From contig NW_021824220.1 of assembly GCF_006345805.1 (NCBI RefSeq), positions 1 through 19,421 on the forward strand: DNA of 19,421 nt. The letters run 5' to 3'. Shown here one piece after another: positions 1 to 8,736 of the stretch. Both the position numbers and the translations under genes were made by a program. The DNA comes from Octopus sinensis. Its lineage: Eukaryota. The notes beneath the pieces were generated by a model. It saw only the letters and a list, made by a program, of their open reading frames with translations, was not told the origin of the DNA and did not search any database. Every line of letters begins with the position of its first letter. Position 1 is the first letter of the stretch.

Positions 1-203
1 TTTTCCCCCTCACCATCACTTGACAACTGATGTTAGTGTGTTTATGTCCCCATAGCTTAGGGTTCAACAAAAGACACCAATACAATAATACCAGCTTTAC
101 AAAGAATAAGTCCTAGAGTCAATTTCTTCAACTAAAAGGCGGTGCTCCAGTATGGCCGCAATCAAATGGATGAAAGAAGTAAAAGAATAAAAGAATAAAA
201 GAA
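1..203 (+). mobile_element. 3' half of tRNA-derived SINE, family A (5' part outside or lost)
   Basis: Matches the 3' half of the copies at 1786-2178 and 13083-13456 (cttgacaac..gtgtgttta.gtcccc..aaagaataagtcct..ggcggtgctccag.atggccgca) and ends in an (aataaaag)n tail. Confidence 0.85.
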
Positions 204-218
204 TATATATATATACAT

Positions 219-862
219 ACTCTTTTACTTGTTTCAGTCATTTGTCTGTGGCCATACTGGAGCACCATCTTTAGTCGAGCAAACTGACCCCAGGACTTAT
301 TCTTTGTAAGCCTAGGACTTATTCTATCCGTCTCTTTTGCTGAACCGCTAAGTTACGGGAGACGTAAACACACCAGCATCGGTTGTCAAGCAATGTTGGG
401 GGGACAAACACAGACACAGAAACATATACACACACACATACATATAACTATATACATATATACAACAGGCCTCTTTCAGTTTCCGTCTGCCAAATCCACT
501 CACAAAGCTTTGGTCGGCCCAAGGCTATATTAGCAGACACAAGGTGGCGAGCTGGTAGAAACGTTAGCGCGCCGGGCGAAACGTTTAGCGGTATTTCGTC
601 TGTCGTTATGTTCTGAGTTCAAATTCCGCCGAGGTCGACTTTGCCTTTCATCCTTTCGGGGTCGATAAATAAAGTACCAGTTTTGCAACTGGGGTCATTG
701 TGATTCCTTTGTCCTTGTTTGTCCCCTCTATGTTTAGCCCCTTGTGGGCAGTAAAGAAATATATATTAGAAGACACTTGCCCAAGGTGCCACACAGTGGG
801 ACTGAACCCAGAACCATTTGGTTTATAAACAAGCTACTTACCACACAGCCACTCCTACGCCT
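219..862 (-). mobile_element. Full-length family A SINE, interrupted by a nested family B SINE at 541-761
   Basis: Colinear with 1786-2178 on both sides of the insert. The tRNA-like head lies at about 775-862 and the tail at 219-240. Confidence 0.9.
541..761 (+). mobile_element. tRNA-derived SINE, family B (central block resembles the Deu/Nin SINE domain), nested insertion
   Basis: A-box-like tggtagaaacg at 553-563 and B-box gttcaaattcc at 617-627. Central gcctttcatcctttcggggtcgataaataaagtaccag resembles the Deu/Nin domain (from recall). 15-bp TSD tatattag(c/a)agacac at 526-540 and 762-776 (14/15 identical). Confidence 0.85.
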
Positions 863-1412
863 ATACATTTTTATATCTTTATTTCTTTTATGTGTTTGAA
901 GTATAGGTACGTGTATAAAGCCAAAAAAAAAATGGATGAAAATACACAATAATGTTAAAACAAGTACCATGATGCATTTTGAAAATTTAAAAGACAAAAG
1001 AAATGAGAGATACAAGGGTAATGATGTCAGTGATGACATTGCAATTGGTGTGACAAGTGGAATTAACAGTGTTTGTGGGTTTTGAATGGATAACATGTGT
1101 CTTCCACCATGTAGACATGTGTTAATCTCGCTAAAAAGTTTACAAGAATTATTTTTAATGTTATTGTGCGTTCGTATTCATTTTTTACATACATAGATGC
1201 ATGTGTGTGTGTGTGTGTTTGTGCATGTGCGTGTATGTATGCACGTCAGTATATGTGTGTGAGTGTATGTATATATATACCTCGAACACACAAGTGCAAA
1301 CAAGGGAGTCAGAGAAAGGCAGAATGCCACTTATATTTGAACACTACTATACAAATATTCCTTTAAAAAAACTTTTCTTCTAATTTTTCTAAATTTAATT
1401 ATTTAATCGTTA

Positions 1413-1450
1413 CAGTTGAAAAGGTCTCAAAATGACCGAAACCGGTACTG
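1413..1450 (+). ncRNA. Minimal type I hammerhead ribozyme-like motif with U3:A8 core variant
   Basis: cag-TTGAAAA-ggtc-tcaaaat-gacc-GAAAC-cg-GTA-ctg. Stem I cag/ctg, stem II ggtc/gacc, palindromic stem III accggt, GUA cleavage triplet. Confidence 0.6.
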
Positions 1451-1498
1451 AAATGTTCTTTATAAAATTATTTTAGCATTTTCTATTTTGACTTGTTT

Positions 1499-1537
<39 letters not shown>

Positions 1538-1785
1538 GGTAATGGTGCCAACTTCGATGGCACCGTTACTTCTCATAACCTCCATTTCTTGCTATTATAA
1601 GCACTTATGGTATATATTCTGTCAGCTGTGGATATGGTGTCCTCTTTAGGGATTATAAAAAACCACCTTTTATGTACATTGTATTTTATTTCACGTTAAT
1701 GTATGTCCATTTAAATTTTACTTGTATTAAACTATTTGCTATGTTTATATTGTTATACAAATAGAGTAAGTATACTCTCTTTTAC

Positions 1786-2178
1786 TCTTTTACTCTTTTA
1801 CTTGTTTCAGTCATTTGACTGCGGCCATGCTGGAGCACCGCCTTTAGTCGAGCAAATCGACCCCGGGACTTATTCTTTGTAAGCCCAGTACTTATTCTAT
1901 CGGTCTCTTTTGCCGAACCGCTAGGTGACGGGGACGTAAACACACCAGCATCGGTTGTCAAGCAATGCTAGGGGGACAAGCACAGACACACATACATATA
2001 TATACATATATACGACAGGCTTCTTTCAGTTTCCGTCTACCAAATCCACTCACAAGGCATTGGTCGGCCCGGGGCTATAGCAGAAGACACTTGCCCAAGA
2101 TGCCACGCAGTGGGACTGAACACAGAACCATGTGGTTGGTTAGCAAGCTACTTACCACACAGCCACTCCTGCACCTAT
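1786..2178 (-). mobile_element. Full-length, low-divergence family A SINE (tRNA head + central domain + internal microsatellite + 3' module)
   Basis: Minus-strand A-box tggctgtgtgg (2155-2165), B-box-like gttcagtccc (2112-2121), ttgggcaagtgtcttct block, internal TA/TG microsatellite, tail tgactgaaacaagtaaaa(gagtaaaa)n. Confidence 0.92.
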
Positions 2179-2293
2179 ATTTTTTGTCCTTTTTCTCATA
2201 GTAATAATTATATATATATAGAGAGAGAGAGTCACAAATGAAAGAAATATTTTGATGAAATTTATTTAACAATAAGTAAATTCTAATTTCATG

Positions 2294-3486
2294 ATAAGTC
2301 TGTTCACCAAAGTTCCAACTGGTGAAGCACTATTGGTGATTCAAGAAAAACTAGTGACAGACACCCATCTAAAAGAACACACTAGTATACCAATAAGAAA
2401 CTTGATGGAAATGTTGACCTGTGTAGAAACTACTTACTTCAGTATGGACACTGATATATATTGACAAGAGGAGGGTTTGGCTATGGGTTCACCTTTATCA
2501 CCGGTAATAGCCAATATATACATAGAATACTTTGAGAATTTGGCTTTAGGATCAACACCACTAAAACCATCCCTATGGCTGTGATATGTTGATGACACCT
2601 TCATATTTTGGACCCACCAGGAAGATGTCCAAGTGTTGTTAAATCATGTGAACTCAATAAAGCCATCCATACAGTTCACAATGGAAAAAGAAAAAGACAA
2701 TCAGCTAGCATTCCTGGCTGTATTAATAAAACACACCAAGTATGGATTCAGTACATCTGTATACCACAAGCTGACCTTCACTGGACGAAACCTCATCTTC
2801 AATTCCCACCATCCATACAGTGTAAAGAGAGGGATTGCTCAGTGCCTAAAACATCAAGCAAAGAATATAAGTAGTGATCGTGATACACACCACTAAAAAA
2901 TGATCAAGCTTAGTAATAATCTATTTAGCAAAAGCTACTCCAAAAGCATACTCTCCACTCCAATTATGAAGAAAAGAGAGGATGAAATCGATAAACTGTC
3001 CACAGTCTGCCTACCCTATGTGAAAGGCCTCTCCGAAAAGATACAAAAGATATGTGACCCATATGACATCAGAACAGTATTCAAAAGTAATACAACACTT
3101 TGCAAATATCTCCTTCGAGTATAACCACCAATAGAAGAGAATATGACCAAGAACTGCGTGTACTCCATCCTATGCAGCTGTGGTAGATTATACAAAGGTG
3201 AAACATGCTGTCTCCTCAAAATAAGAGCAGAGGTACATCGCAAAGCTGTGACCATGGAGATATTGATAAATCAGTTATAGCTGATCATATATGGAAAAAA
3301 GGAGACCACCTTCCCTTGTGGGATAAAGTTAAAATAATAGACAGAGAACACCACTGGAAAATACGAAAACTAAAAGAAGCAGCACATATGCTAGGACACA
3401 ACAACCTCCTAAGCAGATGGAGTGCAGATATGAGCAGCATATGGGAATCGGTATTAAGGAAGGATAAGAGAATATTAGATTTATAA
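2294..3486 (+). pseudogene. Disrupted PLE RT/GIY-YIG ORF
   Basis: In-frame stops at 2462-2464, 2582-2584, 2894-2896 and 3122-3124, plus a frameshift near 3250, within an otherwise colinear PLE protein. Confidence 0.9.
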
Positions 3487-3516
3487 GCCCTAAAATTCAC
3501 ACCATAATTGCCCATG

Positions 3517-3583
3517 GGCATATGGTGTAGTGGTTAAGAGTGCAGGCTACTAACCACAAGATATGAGTTTGATTCTAGGTAGT
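3517..3583 (+). promoter_or_regulatory. tRNA-like segment with Pol III A and B boxes in the PLE 3' region
   Basis: A-box TGGTGTAGTGG (3523-3533), anticodon-loop-like ctactaa (3547-3553) and B-box-like GTTTGATTC (3567-3575, one C>T from consensus), at tRNA spacing. It is not a complete cloverleaf. Confidence 0.7.
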
Positions 3584-3634
3584 GAACATCGAAAAATACT
3601 TTAGGAATGAGAACCCAGGTTCGAAATTTCCCAA

Positions 3635-3680
3635 GATACCTGATGAAGGCTGCAGGGTATATCAGCCGAAACGTTGTGTT
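3635..3680 (+). ncRNA. Minimal type I hammerhead ribozyme of the PLE pseudo-LTR
   Basis: gatac-CTGATGA-a-ggctg-cagggtatat-cagcc-GAAAC-GTT-gtgtt. Canonical core at 3640-3646 and 3668-3672, 5-bp stem II, palindromic stem III (aacgtt), stem I gatac/gtgtt with two G-U pairs. PLE pseudo-LTRs are known to carry such minimal hammerheads. Confidence 0.85.
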
Positions 3681-3774
3681 AACAACAGACAAGATGAAGA
3701 CAAATATCTATCAAATGTAAATAATGTACATAATTCGTCATCTCTTAAATATACAACTGTATAAATACAACAAT

Positions 3775-4200
3775 ATATATAAATACACATATACTTGTGT
3801 GTGCATGTACATACATATACTTGTATACACACACACTCACGTACATATATATGTATGTGTATATACATATATAAAAACGAAAAGAAAATGGAGATATACA
3901 AATGTCAATTCAAAAATTAGAATTTATTAACATAATATTTTATTATATTCATATAATATAATATAATATAATATAATATAATATGATATAATATAATATA
4001 TGATGTTATAAATAATAAATATTAACAACAAATTACATACATTGTTTAGATTCTACTCCATAATATAATTATAAAAATCCATGTTTGGAGTAAGGATCTC
4101 TTCAGTGTAATGTTTGATATATGAGGAATTATATATATATATATAACACACACACACACACATATATATGTATGTATGTGTGTATATATATGTATATATC
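3775..4200. repeat. AT-rich low complexity with TA, CA and TATAA microsatellites
   Basis: Directly visible simple repeats. Confidence 0.85.
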
Positions 4201-6621
4201 ATCATCATCATCATCATCATCATTTAACGTCCACTTTCCATGCTAGCATGGGTTGGACGGTTCAACTGGGGTCTGGGGAGCCCGAAGGCTGCACCAGGCC
4301 AGTCAGATCTGGCAGTGTTTCTACAGCTGGATGCCCTTCCTAACGCCAACCACTCCGAGAGTGTAGTGGGTGATTTTATGTGCCACCGACACAGGTGCCA
4401 GACGAGGCTGGCGAACGGCCACGCTCGGATGGTTTTTTTGTGCCACCGACACAGGTGCCAGACGAGGCTGGCGAACGGCCACGCTCGGATGGTGTTTTTA
4501 TGTGCCACCGACACAGGTGCCAGACGAGGCTGACGAACAGCCACGATCGGATGGTGTTTCTTACGTGCCCACAGCACGGAGGCCAGTCGATGCGGTACTG
4601 GCTACGGCCATGTTCGGATGGTTTCTTGTGTGCCACCGGCACTGGTACCACAAAGATACAAATTCCATTGATGTTCATCTATTTTGATTTGATTTGATTT
4701 GATTTGATCACTTGTCTCAAAAGGTCTTCACAAGTGTCACAAGAAGGAAGGTATGCACAGGTGGACTGACTACGTCCCAAGTAGAGGCCCGGGTTATGGC
4801 CTGACTAGTCTTGCCGGGTCTTCGGATGGTGCTTTTATGTGCCACCGACACAGGTGCCAGATGAGGCTGGCGAACGGCCACGATCGGATGGTGTTTGTTA
4901 TGAGCCCACAGCAGAGGCCAGTCGATGCGGTACTAGCTACGCCATGTTCGGATGGTTATCTTGTGTGCCACCGGCCCTGGTACCACAAAGATACAAATTC
5001 CATTGATGTTCATCTATTTTGATTTGTTTTGATTTGATTTGATCACTTGCCTCAACAGGTCTTCACAAGTGTCACAAGAAGGAAGGTATGCACAGGCGGA
5101 CTGACTACGTCCCAGGTAGGGGCCACGGGTTATGGCCTGACTAGTCTTGCCGGGTCTTCAGATGGTGTTTTTATGTGCCACCGACACAGGTGCCTGATGA
5201 GACTGGCGAACGGACATGATCGGATGGTGTTTGTTACGTGCCCACAGCACGGAGGCCAGTCGATGCGGTACTGGCTACGGCCACGTTCGGATTGGTTTTC
5301 TTGTGTGCCACCGGCACTGGTACCATAAAGATACAAATTCCATTGATGTTCATCTATTTTATTTTGATTTTCACTTTCACTTGCCTCAAAAGGTCTTCAC
5401 AAGGTCACAAGAAGAAGGTATGCACAGGTGGACTGACTACGTCCCAGGTTGGGGCCACGGATTATGGCCTGACTAGTCTTGCCGGGTCTTCGGATGGTGT
5501 TTTTATGTGCCACCGACACAGGTGCCTAGTCTTGCCGGGTCTACGGATGGTTTGTTTTATGTGCCACCCGACAACAGGTGCCGGATGATGAGGCTGGCGA
5601 ACGGCCACGATCGGATGGTGTTTGTTACGTGCCCACAGCAAGGAGGCCAGTCGACGCAGTACTGGCTACGGCCACGTTCGGATGGTTCTTGTGTGCCACC
5701 GGCACTGGTAACAAAGATACAAATTCCATTGATGATCATCTATTTTATTTTGATTTTCACTTTCACTTGCCTCAACAGGTCTTCACAAGTGTCACAAGAA
5801 GGAAGGTATGCACAGGTGGACTGACTACGTCCCAGGTAGGGGCCACGGGTTATGGCCTGACTACTCTTGCCGGGTCTTCTCACGCACAGCATACTTCCAT
5901 AGGTCTCGGTCTCTAGTCATTTCCTTGGTGAGACCTAAAGTTCGAAGGTCGTGCTTCACCACCTCGTCCCAGGTTTTCCTGGGTCTACCTCTTCCACAGG
6001 TTCCCTCAACTGCTAGGGTGTAGCACTTTTGCACACAACTATCTACAGCCATTCTCGTCACATGACCATACCAGCGCAGCCTCTCTCTTGCACACCACAA
6101 TTGACGTTCTTAGGTTCAACTTTTCTCTCAAGGTACTTACACTCTGACGATTATGAACACTGACATTACACATCCATCGGAGCATACTGGCTTCATTTCT
6201 TGCAAGCTTAAGCATATCCTCAGCAGTCACGGCCCATGTTTCACTACATGTAGCAGGGCTGTACGTACACATGCATCATACAGTCTGCCTTTTACTCTGA
6301 GCGAGAGGCCTTTTGTCACCAGCAGGGGTAAAGAGCTCTCTGAACTTGGCCAAGCTATTCTTACTCTAGCAGTTACACTTTCAGACACCCACCCCCGCTA
6401 CTGACTTGGTCTCCTAGGTAGCGGAAGCTATCAACTACTTCTAGTTTGTCTCCCTGGAACGTGGTAGAGTGTAGTTTAGAAGTTGGTCTCTGCAACATTT
6501 CCAGTGTTTATTGCTCCTGAGCATCTGCCACAGACAAAAACTATTTTCCTAGTTAGCCTTCCTTTGACATTTGCTGCACCTCTTATGTGTCCATAGCTTA
6601 CACTTGGTGCACCTTATAGAG
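4200..6621 (-). mobile_element. 5'-truncated RTE-clade LINE with expanded 3' UTR and (ATG)n tail
   Basis: Frameshifted minus-strand translation gives SIRCTKCKLWTHKRC..CGRC, then LEVVDSFRYLGDQVSSGGG, KGLSLRVKGRLYDACVRTALL, SETWAVTAEDMLKLARNEASMLRWMC and RLRWYGHVTRM...GRGRPRKTWDEVV...DRDLW. Terminal stem-loop at 4228-4259, then (atc)n at 4200-4223. Possible low-complexity TSD gtatatat at 4192-4199 and 6621-6628. Confidence 0.93.
4379..5879 (-). repeat. Higher-order tandem repeat (about 335-bp units containing related about 60-bp monomers) in the RTE 3' UTR
   Basis: tgtgccaccgacac monomer starts at 4379, 4439, 4501, 4838, 5174, 5506 and 5560. Long-unit periods are 337, 336 and 332 bp. Confidence 0.95.
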
Positions 6622-6652
6622 TATATATATATATATATTATATATATATATA

Positions 6653-6796
6653 CATCATCATCATCAACATCATCATCATCGTTTAACATCCGCTTTCCAT
6701 GCTAGCATGGGTTGGACAATTTGACTGAGGACTGGCGAACTAGATGGCTGCACCATGCTCCAATCTTGATCTGACAGACTTTCTACAGCTGGATGC
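6653..6796 (-). mobile_element. Short fragment carrying the same RTE 3' tail
   Basis: (atc)n-gtttaacatccgctttccatgctagcatgggttggac...ctacagctggatgc is homologous to 4200-4335. Confidence 0.85.
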
Positions 6797-6834
<38 letters not shown>

Positions 6835-6849
6835 CATATATATATATAC

Positions 6850-7341
<492 letters not shown>

Positions 7342-7360
7342 TGTGTGTGTGCATCAGTCT

Positions 7361-7402
7361 CATATATTTGAGACTGATGAGACTGATGCACACACACACA
7401 CA

Positions 7403-7438
<36 letters not shown>

Positions 7439-7463
7439 TTCATGTCCGTTTTCCATGCTTGCA
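7361..7463 (-). repeat. Templated inverted duplication of the left flank at a LINE 5' junction
   Basis: 7380-7463 is the reverse complement of 7080-7360 with shorter microsatellite runs. 7361-7370 (catatatttg) is the reverse complement of 7462-7471 (caaatatatg). Confidence 0.9.
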
Positions 7464-7747
7464 AATATATGGGAAAACTACCACCTGTGTCATCTCTTGT
7501 GAAAGGTAAGAGAGTCCAGTTTGCTGGACATTGTTGTAGAGCTGAAAAAGAAGTAATTTCTACTCTTCTCCTCTGGAAGCCATCTGCTCACTCGCAATAC
7601 CAGAGGGCGCACACTCTCCTACCCTGATGTAATCTCCAGGGATACAGGCATCCAGCAACAGGACCTCCGTAATGCCATGATGGACCGTGAAGTCTGGCGT
7701 AGCATGGTAAATTCCATTGTTCGACCACGGTCGAACAATGATGATGA
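7462..7747 (+). mobile_element. Heavily 5'-truncated RTE-type LINE of a second family (ORF C-terminus + tail)
   Basis: GKLPPVSSLVKGKRVQFAGHCCRAEKEVISTLLLWKP / TRGRTLSYPDVISRDTGIQQQDLRNAMMDREVWRSMV. Terminal hairpin gttcgacc-ac-ggtcgaac (7719-7736), (tga)n tail, and 13-bp TSD tgtgcatcagtct at 7348-7360 and 7748-7760. Confidence 0.88.
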
Positions 7748-7789
7748 TGTGCATCAGTCTGTTAATCTTCCCATCTTTCTGTCCTCACT

Positions 7790-8356
7790 CTCCTTCGTCC
7801 CCTTTCTCTCTCTCTCTCTCTCTCTCTCACTCTCTCTCTTTCTCTCTCTTCTTATTTCCCTCTTCCCCTATCTTCTCACACACATTGATAAATTCCCCCC
7901 CCCCCCGCCAATTCCATTCCAGTCATTTACTTCCTCCATCTTCTTCCCCCTCTCAACCTTAACATCTTTCTACGCCTTCAATTTACCATTCTTAGTTTCA
8001 GCCATTTCCAATCTAACAATTTGTCTTTTTTTGTTTTAGCATCATTTATTTTAACTAATTCTTCTATTCTTCTTCATTAGACTCTTCTACCTCCTCCTCC
8101 TCCTCCTCATCATCATCATCATCACCACCATCATCATCATCATCACCATCATCACCATCACCATCACCATCATCACCATCATCATCATCAACACCGTCAT
8201 CATCACCATTGCTGCCACCACCACCACCACCATCCACTCCCCCTCCTCCTCACCAATCTTCTTCTTCTTCTGCTTCTTCTTCTTTTCTTCTCCTCCTCTT
8301 CCTTCAATGATCGATAAAATAACCACACACACACACACACACACACATACACACAC
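7790..8356. repeat. Pyrimidine-rich tract with CT, CCT, CAT/CAC, CTT and CA microsatellites
   Basis: Directly visible simple repeats. Confidence 0.85.
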
Positions 8357-8359
8357 TTC

Positions 8360-8426
8360 ATTCCAGTTAGCTTACCTGTGTTTCCGATAATTCTATCCAA
8401 AACAACACATGTAAGCTAACTGGAAT
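8360..8426. other. Isolated near-perfect hairpin (16-bp perfect inverted repeat plus inner pairing)
   Basis: attccagttagcttac (8360-8375) and gtaagctaactggaat (8411-8426). Inner pairing tgtgtt/aacaca and gata/tatc. Confidence 0.75.
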
Positions 8427-8469
8427 AAAATGCATATATACATATCCATTATTTGTCTGTATTTCCCTT

Positions 8470-8642
8470 CAAGATGGTGTTCCAGCATGGTCGCAGTGAA
8501 AGGACCTAAACAAGTAAAAGAATAAAAGAATAAAAGATAGATAGACAGACAGACAGACTGACAGACAGACAGACTGACAGACAGACAGACTGACAGACAG
8601 ACAGACTGACAGACAGACAGATAGGTAGATATATAGATAGAT

Positions 8643-8689
<47 letters not shown>

Positions 8690-8735
8690 CACAGACAGAC
8701 AGACAGACAGGTAGGTAGGTAGGTAAATATATATA
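8470..8735 (+). repeat. Degenerate family A SINE tail followed by AGAC, AG and AGGT microsatellites
   Basis: ggtgttccagcatggtcgcagtgaaaggacctaaacaagtaaaagaataaaag, then simple repeats. Confidence 0.75.
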
Positions 8736-8736
8736 A

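Larger units (their letters stand above)
2282..3775 (+). mobile_element. 5'-truncated, decayed Penelope-like element (PLE): RT + GIY-YIG endonuclease + 3' pseudo-LTR
   Basis: One frame from 2294 reads ISLFTKVP...GLAMGSPLSPVIANIYIE...WL*YVDDTFIFW (YVDD at 2585-2596)...FTMEKEKDNQLAFL...VYHKLTFT...FNSHHP...LPYVKGLSEKI. It continues CVYSILCSCGRLYKGET (VY..YKG at 3158-3205), then shifts frame to DKSVIADHIW...RKLKEA, ending at 3486. These are PLE-diagnostic motifs. Confidence 0.95.

Noticed and set aside
734-1096. 120-aa hydrophobic minus-strand ORF
   Set aside because: Runs from AT-rich DNA into a SINE head, with no domain or splice support.
3517-3583. Functional tRNA gene (also the heads at 545, 8737 and 13083)
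   Set aside because: Acceptor, anticodon and T stems do not pair fully, and each head is fused to repeat bodies, so they are tRNA-derived promoters.
4379-5879. CRISPR-like appearance of the regularly spaced repeats and their ORFs
   Set aside because: The intervening sequences are themselves repeated (no unique spacers), there are no cas genes, and the array is continuous with an RTE 3' UTR.
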